From: Phycisphaerae bacterium
Lineage (GTDB): Bacteria > Planctomycetota > Phycisphaerae > Sedimentisphaerales > Anaerobacaceae
Direction of reading: 5' to 3'
NCBI GenBank assembly: GCA_041657685.1
Contig: JBBABK010000001.1
Location: 6,227 to 33,447 of the forward strand
Length of the DNA: 27,221 nt
The position numbers were made by a program, and so were the translations under genes. Below, one piece after another: positions 7,818 to 16,070 of this stretch (the first letter of the stretch is position 1; each line of letters opens with the position of its first letter). The notes beneath the pieces are model-generated. The model was not told where the DNA came from. It saw only the letters and a program-made list of their open reading frames with translations, and made no database searches.

Positions 7818-8579
7818 ATGAGAAAGCCGTTTATAGCTGGCAACTGGAAGATGAATACCGATATTCACAGCGGGCCGGATTTGGTCAGGGCGATTGCCAA
7901 GGGTTTTGCCGAGCTTGATAGAAGCAAAGTCGACGTGGCGGTGATACCGCCGTTCGTGTATCTGACTCAGGTGGTTAACGCGGCCAGAAGTTCGGGCATA
8001 TCAGTCGGCGCACAGGATTTGTACTTCGAGCAGAAAGGCGCGTTTACGGGTGAAATCAGTGCGAATATGATTAAGGACGTCGGATGCAATTACTGCCTGT
8101 GCGGACATTCGGAACGCAGGCACGTAATCGGCGAGACGGACGAACTGATAAATAAGAAGGTGCACGCTGTGATTAAAGGCGGACTTCTGCCGATACTATG
8201 TGTAGGCGAATTGCTCGAAGAGCGCGAAGCCGACAAGACGAAGGAAGTCGTCGAACGGCAGACGCGTCAGGGACTCAAGGGCCTAAGCGCGGAAAAAGTC
8301 GAGGCGGTGACACTGGCGTATGAGCCGGTCTGGGCGATTGGAACAGGCAAGACCGCGACGGCTGCGCAGGCGCAGGAAGTACATAAAATGATTCGGGAAC
8401 TGATAGCCGATATGTACGATGAGTCGCTGGCACAGAGCATTCGCATCCAGTACGGCGGGTCGGCCAAGCCGGACAACGCCGCGGAACTGCTGGGCAACGA
8501 GGACGTAGACGGACTGCTGGTCGGCGGAGCGAGTCTCAAGGCCGATGATTTCCTCGGTATTATCAAGGCGGCAGTATAA
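7818..8579 (+). CDS. tpiA: Triosephosphate isomerase
   Basis: IAGNWKMN, GAFTGEISA, GHSERR, AYEPVWAIGTG, YGGS, DGLLVGGASL. RBS AGGAG upstream. Confidence 0.98.
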   Translation: MRKPFIAGNWKMNTDIHSGPDLVRAIAKGFAELDRSKVDVAVIPPFVYLTQVVNAARSSGISVGAQDLYFEQKGAFTGEISANMIKDVGCNYCLCGHSERRHVIGETDELINKKVHAVIKGGLLPILCVGELLEEREADKTKEVVERQTRQGLKGLSAEKVEAVTLAYEPVWAIGTGKTATAAQAQEVHKMIRELIADMYDESLAQSIRIQYGGSAKPDNAAELLGNEDVDGLLVGGASLKADDFLGIIKAAV

Positions 8580-8630
8580 TTTAAAATCGAATTGAAAAAT
8601 AAAACATAATTAACAGACAAAGGAACGGTT

Positions 8631-9065
8631 ATGGGTTTATTGCTTTGTGAAGTGTCGTTTGTGATGCACGTGGTCTCGGTATTGTGGCTGCTCTCGGCGC
8701 TGCTGCTGATACTTGTCGTCCTGATTCAGAAAGGCAAGGGCGGCGGATTGAGCGGGGCGTTCGGCGGCGGTATGGCCAGCGGGATACTCGGCACAAAGAC
8801 GGGCGACTTTTTGACGTGGGTCACGATAGGCCTGGCCGGTGCGTTCATATTGCTGACGGTGGTAATGGCGAAATTTTACCGGCCATCGCTTTACGGGCCT
8901 GTGGGTGAGCCGCCGATGCAGAGCCAGCCGCTCGAACAGCCGCAGGTGCCGCAGGGTTTGCCGGAATCGGATGCAACGACGATGCCGCAGCCCGGGCCGG
9001 TGGATTTGGGTGCAATGGGTGAGAATGAAGAGATGCCGATGCCGCCCGCTGAGCCGAACCAATAG
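8631..9065 (+). CDS. secG: Preprotein translocase subunit SecG with Pro/Gln-rich C-terminal tail
   Basis: Two TM segments flanking LIQKGKGGGLSGAFGGG...T.DFLT..T, in the conserved tpiA-secG adjacency. Confidence 0.9.
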   Translation: MGLLLCEVSFVMHVVSVLWLLSALLLILVVLIQKGKGGGLSGAFGGGMASGILGTKTGDFLTWVTIGLAGAFILLTVVMAKFYRPSLYGPVGEPPMQSQPLEQPQVPQGLPESDATTMPQPGPVDLGAMGENEEMPMPPAEPNQ

Positions 9066-9110
9066 CTTTAAAGCGGGTACAGGCAAGAAATCCTTTTTTG
9101 GGATTATAAA

Positions 9111-9995
9111 ATGATTAACAGTATGACCGGTTACGGCGATGCGGAAGGACAGCTTGACGGTGTGACGTATATTGTCGAGATTAAGGGCGTCAACAACCGG
9201 TATTTTAAGCCGAGGATTAAACTGCCGGAGACGGTCGCTTTTCTGGAAGAAGAGATTTACGAGCTTCTGCGAAAATGCATCGTTCGCGGCTCGGTCGATT
9301 GTATACTTCGACTGAAAAACGTCTCGGCTGATATGCTCTTTGAAATCAATACAAACGCCCTGACCGTTTATCTCAATAAGTTAAAAGAAGTATCGGCGGC
9401 GACCGGAGTGGAAGGCCCGATGGACGTCGGCGGACTGCTTAACCTGCCGGGGATACTTGAGCCGATGTCACCGGACGAGAAAAAGGCGGTTCGGGTAAAA
9501 GATTTCGTACTCGACCTGACGCGCAAAGCAGTAGAGAAATTCCGGCAGATGCGGCGCACCGAAGGAGCGGAACTGGAAGCGGACCTGCTGAAAAACTGCG
9601 ACGAGATAAAAAATCATCTCGAGAAAATATGCGCGAAAAAAGACGAGGTGCTTCAGCAGTATCACGAAAGACTGCGAGGCAGAGTTGATGAGTTGATGGC
9701 GGGGGTGAATATCAAACTCGACCCGGAGACGCTTTCGCGGGAAATCGCAATGTTCGCGGAGCGCAGCGACATATCGGAAGAAGTAACAAGGCTCGCATCG
9801 CACTTAAAGCAGTTTGCGGACAACTGCAAAATGGACGGGCAGGCGGGTAGAAGGCTGGATTTCCTCGGACAGGAGATGCTGCGGGAGGCCAATACCATCG
9901 CGAGCAAGGCGTCGGATGCCGAGATTTCGCATTGCGTTGTGGATATAAAGTGCTGCATCGACAGGCTCAAGGAGCAGGTGCAGAACGTGGAATAA
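9111..9995 (+). CDS. yicC: YicC/YloC family endoribonuclease
   Basis: MINSMTGYG, EIKGVNNRY, DISEEVTRL.SH, GRRLDFLGQEMLREANTIASK, LKEQVQNVE. Confidence 0.95.
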   Translation: MINSMTGYGDAEGQLDGVTYIVEIKGVNNRYFKPRIKLPETVAFLEEEIYELLRKCIVRGSVDCILRLKNVSADMLFEINTNALTVYLNKLKEVSAATGVEGPMDVGGLLNLPGILEPMSPDEKKAVRVKDFVLDLTRKAVEKFRQMRRTEGAELEADLLKNCDEIKNHLEKICAKKDEVLQQYHERLRGRVDELMAGVNIKLDPETLSREIAMFAERSDISEEVTRLASHLKQFADNCKMDGQAGRRLDFLGQEMLREANTIASKASDAEISHCVVDIKCCIDRLKEQVQNVE

Positions 9996-9997
9996 TT

Positions 9998-10576
9998 ATG
10001 GGTGATGAGAAAAACGGAAAACTGATGATTATCAGCGGGCCGAGCGGCGTGGGCAAAAGCACGATTTGCAAACGGCTCGTTGATGAATATGAGAATGTCT
10101 CACTGAGCGTTTCATTGACGACCAGGCCGAAATCGGAATCGGAAGTCAACGGACAGGATTATTATTTTGTAACTCGCGAGGAGTTCGAGAAAAAAATAAA
10201 CGCCGGCGAGCTGCTGGAATACGCCGAGGTGTTCGGCAATTTTTACGGGACGCCGAAGGACAAGGTCGAGCAGGATTTATCGCAGGGCAAAACGGTGATT
10301 CTGGAGATTGACGTGCAGGGCGCGCGGAAGGTCAAGACACGGCATCCGGAAGTGCTGATGGTTTTCATACTGCCGCCGACGCAAAAGGAGCTTGCGGCGA
10401 GGATGAACGACAGGGGCAGGGACGACGAGCAGACTTCGAGGATAAGGTTGTCGCAGGCGGATGACGAAATAGCGTCGGCGTGGCGGTATTATAATAATAT
10501 GGTTATTAACGAGGACCTCGACCTGGCGGTCGGTGAGGTCGCAAATATAGCGGGACTAAGTAAAAAGGAAAATTAA
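9998..10576 (+). CDS. gmk: Guanylate kinase
   Basis: IISGPSGVGKSTI, S.TTRP...EVNG.DYYF, LEYAEVFGNFYGTP, LEIDVQGA. ATG at 9998 follows the yicC stop. Confidence 0.97.
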   Translation: MGDEKNGKLMIISGPSGVGKSTICKRLVDEYENVSLSVSLTTRPKSESEVNGQDYYFVTREEFEKKINAGELLEYAEVFGNFYGTPKDKVEQDLSQGKTVILEIDVQGARKVKTRHPEVLMVFILPPTQKELAARMNDRGRDDEQTSRIRLSQADDEIASAWRYYNNMVINEDLDLAVGEVANIAGLSKKEN

Positions 10577-10579
10577 AGA

Positions 10580-10807
10580 ATGATTGAAGCACTAAAGAGC
10601 ACGGAAATAGTCAATAAGGTCGGCGGCAGGTTCAAACTTACCGCGCTGGTTCAGAGAAGGCTTCAGGAGTTGCTCAGCGGCAGCAGGCCTTTAATCGAGA
10701 ACACCGAGAATATGACGCAGATGGAAATCGTGGTGCAGGAAATCCTGCAGGACAAAATCACCATCGACGACCAGAGCGGCCTGATAGAAAATCAACCGAC
10801 CCACTAA
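10580..10807 (+). CDS. rpoZ: RNA polymerase omega subunit
   Basis: 75 aa, VGGRFKLTALVQRRLQEL..G, in the canonical gmk-rpoZ-coaBC context. Confidence 0.88.
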   Translation: MIEALKSTEIVNKVGGRFKLTALVQRRLQELLSGSRPLIENTENMTQMEIVVQEILQDKITIDDQSGLIENQPTH

Positions 10808-11367
10808 TGAGCGAACCAGACCGTCAATTCGAAGGCGTTAACGTGCTGCTGGGCGTCAGCGGCGGGGTGGCCGCCTATAAGGCGGTTGACCTTGCGAGCA
10901 GGCTGACGGCTATTGGTGCGTCCGTTAAAACGATTATGACGCAAAACGCCTGCGAGCTTGTCAGGCCCAGGAGCTTCGAAGCGGTTACGAGGTCGGAGGT
11001 TTTTACGAATATATGGTCGCTGCCTCAGGAATATAAAATCGGGCATATCAGCCTTGTCGAATGGGCGAATGTAATCGTCATTGCACCTGCGACCGCGAAT
11101 ATTATCGGTAAAATCGCCAACGGCATCTGCGACGATTTACTAAGTACGATGATGTGCGCCGCTCATAAAAAGGCGGTGCTTATCGCACCGGCGATGAACA
11201 ACAATATGTGGGACAATCCGGCGGTGCAGCGAAATGTAAAAACTATTCGCGAAATGAAATACGAAATGGTCGGCCCTGAAGAAGGAAGGCTCGCCTGCGG
11301 AACGAAGGCAGTCGGCAGGATGTCGGAGCCGCAGGATATCATCCGCAAAATCGCCGAGATGATTTAA
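10807..11367 (+). CDS. coaC: Phosphopantothenoylcysteine decarboxylase (flavoprotein half of CoaBC)
   Basis: LLGVSGGVAAYKA, HI.L..WA.VIVIAPATANIIGKIANGICDDLLST, PAMN.NMW, GRLACG..G.GRM.EP (AVGRMSEP). Confidence 0.92.
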   Translation: MSEPDRQFEGVNVLLGVSGGVAAYKAVDLASRLTAIGASVKTIMTQNACELVRPRSFEAVTRSEVFTNIWSLPQEYKIGHISLVEWANVIVIAPATANIIGKIANGICDDLLSTMMCAAHKKAVLIAPAMNNNMWDNPAVQRNVKTIREMKYEMVGPEEGRLACGTKAVGRMSEPQDIIRKIAEMI

Positions 11368-11393
11368 TGCCGCGCGGGTAACGAGGCAATCAA

Positions 11394-12017
11394 GTGAGCA
11401 AATCGAAAAAGAAACATTTCCTTATCACAGCTGGCGGAACACGGGAATATATCGACCCGGTGCGTTTTATATCAAACGCCAGCAGCGGCAGGATGGGCTA
11501 TGCGCTTGCCGATGCGGCTAAGGCGGCGGGACATAAAGTGACGCTGATTAGCGCATCGGATTTGCAGCCTGGGGTCGGGATTGATTTTGTCGCGGTCGAA
11601 TCGGCGGCAGATATGTTCGAAGCGGTGACGAAATTTTTTGCGAAATGTGACTGCCTGATAATGGCGGCGGCAGTGTCGGATTATGCGCCTGTGGGGGCAG
11701 GCAAGGTAAAAATCAAAAAAGGCAAAACGCAGCTTCTTTTAAAGCTAAAACCCACCATTGATATTTTGAAATGGGCGGGCAAACATAAAAAAGCCGGGCA
11801 GTTCGTCGTCGGTTTTGCGCTTGAAGATAAAGAATTGCGAAAAAACGCGGAGAAGAAATTAACCGGCAAGAATCTCGATATGATTATCGCCAATGAGCCT
11901 GATTCGATATCGGCCGAGCGAACCACGGTACATATCAAGACGCCGAACAGCAAATGGCTCAAGATTCCATCAGCCTCGAAAACAGATATAGCCCGTCAAA
12001 TTATCAGGCGAATATAA
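11394..12017 (+). CDS. coaB: Phosphopantothenate--cysteine ligase (CoaB half)
   Basis: LITAGGTREYIDPVRFISNASSGRMG, MAAAVSDY, VGFALE, K...KNLDMIIAN. GTG start with GAGG upstream. Confidence 0.92.
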   Translation: MSKSKKKHFLITAGGTREYIDPVRFISNASSGRMGYALADAAKAAGHKVTLISASDLQPGVGIDFVAVESAADMFEAVTKFFAKCDCLIMAAAVSDYAPVGAGKVKIKKGKTQLLLKLKPTIDILKWAGKHKKAGQFVVGFALEDKELRKNAEKKLTGKNLDMIIANEPDSISAERTTVHIKTPNSKWLKIPSASKTDIARQIIRRI

Positions 12018-12084
12018 ATCATTCGTTTAAACAAACGGTTTTTTATTCCTGCCGAACCGGTTTAAAGAATCTGCGCAAAAGAAA

Positions 12085-12117
12085 AGCGGCCTTGCACCAC
12101 CCCTTTACAAGGCCGCT
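12085..12117 (-). terminator. Rho-independent terminator of the prepilin-type gene
   Basis: AGCGGCCTTG / CAAGGCCGCT 10-bp stem. A U-rich tail follows on the minus strand (plus strand aaaagaaa at 12077-12084). Confidence 0.7.
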
Positions 12118-12124
12118 CGAATTA

Positions 12125-13189
12125 CTAAGAACTGGCTTTCTTTTCGTTGTACTCGTTTACCAGGAACGCATCTTTTGAACCCCAGGAACCTTGATCATCA
12201 TCACCAAGTGTATCAAGGGATGGTTTGTCAGCATCGGTCGTCTGGCCGAACTGCTTAAATTTCGGGGCATCAGCAGCTGATGCAGCATCGTAATTTGAAG
12301 TCCATCTCTGGTAAATGTTATCGCCTTCGATACCGCAATTGGGGCTCGTTTCAAAACTGACATGACCGTCGACGTAAAGCACGTTCTGGCCTTCACGAGC
12401 GTGCGTTGACGCGTTGCGAACGTTGGACGGGTCATAGAAGCTGTTTCTGACCCATGCGGGTTCCGTATCGTCCGCAGGAATTTTTGTGCCGTTCTTGTTA
12501 ACATAAACACCGACAGCGTTTCTGTCCAAATAGGGATTACGGTCAGCCGCTACGGGACTTGCAGGACTGCTCGAGTTTGACAAAGCGCGACTGATACCAC
12601 TTTCCTGATTTGTAGTATTATTTTTATGATTAAAAGGCATATGATATGAATAGCTGCAATATTCGCCGGGCATCTTTGGAAATCCCATGGTAGCATCAGT
12701 TCCTCCACCAAAATCCCAGGCGTCGGCTAAATTATCTATAGTTGTTTTTTCTGAATCGGACAGTTCAAACACATCGGTGCCCGAATCGGTATTGCAGACA
12801 AATTGTTTTGGCGTGCTGTCGGCATATTTAATCAGGAGGAACCAAGTTGAAGTAATAGTTGCGTCGGCGCCTTCATCTGTGCCAAACGCCAGCTCTTCAG
12901 ATGTTGTGGATGCACTAGTCGACTTAGCCTGCCAATCAGTTATTATCCCTGTGCCGCCCCAATAACTTTTTTTCCCGCCCGAACGCGGGAAATCTCCGTC
13001 ATTGTCCGGGATGTAGACAAGCATTGCTTTGCCCAGACCTGACAGATTTGCGCCGCACATAATACGCGCGGCGAGGCGTCTGACCTGCGCCAGAGCGGGC
13101 ATCAAAATGCCCATCAGCAGAGCAATGATTGCGATAACAACCAAAAGCTCGACCAACGTAAAACCTTGTTTTTGTTTTTGTCGTTTCAT
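12125..13189 (-). CDS. Prepilin-type N-terminal cleavage/methylation protein with H-X9-DG motif (DUF1559-like planctomycete family)
   Basis: GFTLVELLVVIAIIALLMGILMPAL type IV prepilin N-terminus, C..NL..LG.AM..Y, and late HAREGQNVLYVDGHV. ATG 13189 has AGGAG 9 nt upstream. Confidence 0.9.
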   Translation of the reverse strand: MKRQKQKQGFTLVELLVVIAIIALLMGILMPALAQVRRLAARIMCGANLSGLGKAMLVYIPDNDGDFPRSGGKKSYWGGTGIITDWQAKSTSASTTSEELAFGTDEGADATITSTWFLLIKYADSTPKQFVCNTDSGTDVFELSDSEKTTIDNLADAWDFGGGTDATMGFPKMPGEYCSYSYHMPFNHKNNTTNQESGISRALSNSSSPASPVAADRNPYLDRNAVGVYVNKNGTKIPADDTEPAWVRNSFYDPSNVRNASTHAREGQNVLYVDGHVSFETSPNCGIEGDNIYQRWTSNYDAASAADAPKFKQFGQTTDADKPSLDTLGDDDQGSWGSKDAFLVNEYNEKKASS

Positions 13190-13281
13190 CTTCAATGTCT
13201 CCTAAACCCTTTCGAAGAAACCCGCATTTTAAGAGGCCGCTTCTGGACACGATAAAAATTTTAAAATAACTGCTTTTTTAA

Positions 13282-13378
13282 CTGCCGACGGACGGACTTA
13301 AGTTCGACGAGTCTCTTAAGTTAACAGATTTTCGTCCAAAAACGCCTCTTTTAATAGGCCGTCCGGTTTTAACGGCAG
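13282..13378 (-). ncRNA. Candidate structured 5' leader RNA upstream of the prepilin-type gene (unassigned family)
   Basis: Nested complementary segments CTGCCG/CGGCAG, GGACG/CGTCC, CTTAAG/CTTAAG and GCCT/AGGC form a multi-way junction. Identified by eye only. Confidence 0.35.
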
Positions 13379-13676
13379 GAAACTTTCACAATTTAAGCCG
13401 TTGTTTCGTACCGACGTAAAGTATATCATTGTCATCGGCAGGCAGGCTTGAGATATGAAAAACACCTGTAGATATTATGATGGCTAACCTGATTATAATA
13501 TTCTTCGTAATCAGCCATACCTGACAATAATAATCTAACTCTGAATTAACCGTTTGTCAACAAAAATCAGGTTTTTTTTCGGTCGTTCTTAAAAAATATT
13601 GCCGAAACCCTTTTTTTATAATAAAAATAAGCAAAAATCGCTTCATCTTTTAATATAAAGGCTAAAAAAAACAGAT

Positions 13677-15101
13677 ATGGCCGAGCTGAATCTCGAAAAC
13701 GCCAAAAAAATGCTGAAAAACCATCATCAGGAGCACCTGCTGAAATTCTGGGACCAGCTCAATGAATCGCAGCGAGAATCCCTTTTGGAGCAGATAGGCG
13801 AGCTTGATTTGGGCAGTATAGACAAATGGATTAGCGATGTAGTTCTTAATACCGAACCAGTCGCTATAAAAGGCAAAATCGAACCCGCCCCTTATTACCC
13901 GGCTAAGCCTTCGGATAAAACACAGGCAAAATTTTACGCAAAAGCAGCGGCTGCGGGCGAAGAAAAAATCCGCACCGGCAAGGTATCGGCCTTTATCGTG
14001 GCGGGGGGACAGGGAACAAGACTGGGCTTCGACGGGCCAAAGGGCGATTTTCCAATAAGCCCTGTCAGGAACAAGACTTTTTTTCAGTTGTTCGCGGAAC
14101 AGATTAAGGCGGCTTGCCAGAAATATTGCGTCGAACTGCCTTGGTATATAATGACCAGTCCGCTGAATCACGAAGTAACCTGTGATATATTCGAGAAGAA
14201 TAACTGTTTCGGACTCGACCCGTTGAATATTTTTATATTTCAGCAGGGCACGATGCCGAATTTCGGTCCCGACGGCAGAATCCTGCCGGCGGACAAGGCG
14301 ACAATAAGCTGCTCGCCTGACGGGCACGGCGGCAGTATCAAGGCGCTTTACAAGAGCGGCGCGATTGCTGATATGAAAAAACGCGGCGTCGAGTACATCA
14401 GCTATTTCCAGGTCGATAACCCGCTGATAGATATTTTCGACCCTCTGTTCATCGGACTGCATGTGCTGGATGAATCGGAGATGTCGTCGAAGGCTCTGCG
14501 TAAAACAAGCCCGACGGAAAAGGTCGGTAATTTCTGCCTGCTCGACGGCCGAGTCACGGTAATCGAATACAGCGACCTCGATGATGAGCTTGCACATAAA
14601 ACAAAGGACGACGGCTCATACGTTTTCGAGATGGGCAGCATCGCGATACATATTATAAGCGTTCCGTTTGTAGAAAAGCTGAATTCAAAGGGATTTTCAC
14701 TGCCGCTGCACCGGGCGGTGAAAAAAATCGAGTGCATCGACGAGAACGGCAATCATATCGAACCCGACGAGCCTAACGGCATAAAGCTGGAGACGTTCGT
14801 TTTCGACGCGCTGCCGATGGCTGAAAAATCCACGGTTTTGGAAACCATTCGTGAGAGGGAATTTGCGCCGGTGAAAAACGAATCCGGAACGGACAGCCCT
14901 GAATCGGCCCGGCGAATGATGATTGAGAGATGGGCAGGATGGCTGGAATCGGCGGGGATTAATGTGCCGCGAAACGCGGACGGGACGGTGAACGCGTGAA
15001 TCGAAATCGCGCAGGGCTTTGCGCTCGACGGCGATGAGCTGAAAACCAAGGCAGACAGAATACCTGATATCAAACCCGGCGGAGAACTTTATCTGCAATG
15101 A
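13677..15101 (+). CDS. UDP-N-acetylglucosamine pyrophosphorylase (UDPGP type 1 family), interrupted by an in-frame TGA at 14997-14999
   Basis: AGGQGTRLG..GPKG, YIMTS, FQQ..MP, PDGHGG, QVDNPL, EKVG, KLETFVFD, EFAPVKN. The same frame continues after the TGA as IEIAQGFALD...GGELYLQ to a TGA at 15099-15101 that overlaps the next ATG. Confidence 0.85.
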
Positions 15102-15376
15102 GCAAAAACGATATAAGCAGTTATCAGCGCGGCGTGATTAATAATTATTATGCGAATCTCGACGGCATTATGCTGCAAAGGCTCGGCGAGATGGTTACCG
15201 AATTATACCTGGCTGAAACTGACGCGAAGAAAAATCGGCTGTGGGAGCGGGTTCACAAATCGATGCAGAATCTGAAAATCCCCCCTGCAATAATCGAGCA
15301 CATTATGAATAAGCGCGACGTGCAAATTCTCGCAAAAAACCTTAATGATTGGCAGTCATCGAAAAAGCGAAAATAA
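15098..15376 (+). CDS. Hypothetical helical protein (92 aa)
   Basis: Clean ORF with host-like codon usage. ATGA overlap with the extended end of the upstream gene. Motif YYANLD.IML.RL.E.VTELYLA. Confidence 0.8.
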   Translation: MSKNDISSYQRGVINNYYANLDGIMLQRLGEMVTELYLAETDAKKNRLWERVHKSMQNLKIPPAIIEHIMNKRDVQILAKNLNDWQSSKKRK

Positions 15377-15387
15377 CATTACGCGTT

Positions 15388-15648
15388 TTAGTCTTTTGAA
15401 TCTTCGAGCAGTTGACGCAGGTATTTATTTTCCCGCCTTGTGGCTTCAAGGTCGAAAATCTGGTATTTGATGCAGACCCGCAGATAGTCCAGTGATTCCT
15501 GCATCCTGTCCACGCTTTTTTGGAGTTTTTCCCGGTCGTCGCGTGCCTGTTTAGCCAGTTCGGCAAGCTTAGTGCTCTTTGGGCCCATAGGGCCGCCGAA
15601 TTCCTCTACAAGTTCCTGGAGTTTCCTCTCGAGTTTGGATTCCTTCAT
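15388..15648 (-). CDS. Small coiled-coil hypothetical protein (86 aa)
   Basis: MKESKLERKLQEL...LDYLRVCIKYQIFDLEATRRENKYLRQLLE. RBS AAGGAAGG and a sigma-54 promoter upstream support ATG 15648 over the ORF-track start 15891. Confidence 0.8.
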   Translation of the reverse strand: MKESKLERKLQELVEEFGGPMGPKSTKLAELAKQARDDREKLQKSVDRMQESLDYLRVCIKYQIFDLEATRRENKYLRQLLEDSKD

Positions 15649-15693
15649 TCGCCACCTTCCTTTTATCAAAATCTCGCAATAACGGACAAAATG

Positions 15694-15709
15694 TGCAAAA
15701 AACGTGCCA
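15694..15709 (-). promoter_or_regulatory. Sigma-54 (-24/-12) promoter
   Basis: The minus strand reads TGGCACG-TTTT-TTGCA, an exact match to TGGCACG-N4-TTGCW, 46 nt upstream of ATG 15648. Confidence 0.85.
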
Positions 15710-16005
15710 TAAGTAACGTTTTTTTTTACGATGTCGTTCGGTACAATCATTCGGCCTGTCGCCCTGCGGCAGGGTCGTTTAACAGTAATGTTCGTATGAC
15801 CATTTCCGAAACAGCACGATGTGCGGGATATAGTGGTTAGGCACATATGTTTACGAATATAAACATCCACAAACGCCCCTTTTTTGCGCAAGACCCACTC
15901 AGAAGGTTGTTAGAGTTCGTTATTAAACTATGTTGCCGTTTTTAAACAGCATTCATTTATGAATATACTCCTGCGGCGAACAGGGGTTTTTCCTGCCGCG
16001 GGTTT

Positions 16006-16034
16006 TTGACAACGGCTGAATTTTAGACTATAAT
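16006..16034 (+). promoter_or_regulatory. Sigma-70 consensus promoter
   Basis: TTGACA-17 nt-TATAAT, perfect consensus, upstream of ATG 16071. Confidence 0.85.
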
Positions 16035-16070
16035 AGATAGTGAGCCAAAGGGACTTTGAAAGGAATGAAG

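Noticed and set aside
11365-11396. Frameshifted coaBC pseudogene
   Set aside because: Both halves are complete, coaB has its own RBS and start, and a stop in its frame at 11379 prevents a simple fusion.
13201-13378. c-di-GMP-I riboswitch upstream of the prepilin gene
   Set aside because: Only fragments resemble it (UUCGAAAG, GGACGAAAA). The GGCAAAC...GAAA...GGGACGCAAAGC arrangement is absent, so I kept it as an unassigned structure.
13437-13449. CGGCAGGCAGGC fragment
   Set aside because: Only a half-palindrome in a single copy, too short to support as a repeat element.
13662-14597. 311-aa minus-strand ORF, and the many other 60-230 aa antisense or alternate-frame ORFs in the track
   Set aside because: They overlap well-supported genes completely and lack family motifs or RBS support.
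14997-14999. Genome-wide UGA reassignment (code 4 or 25)
   Set aside because: accD, the glycosylase and the 16071 gene end at TGA at their expected C-termini, and Trp is encoded by TGG throughout.
15649-15891. N-terminal extension of the 15388 ORF to 167 aa
   Set aside because: The extension runs through the sigma-54 promoter and intergenic DNA. The RBS supports ATG 15648.
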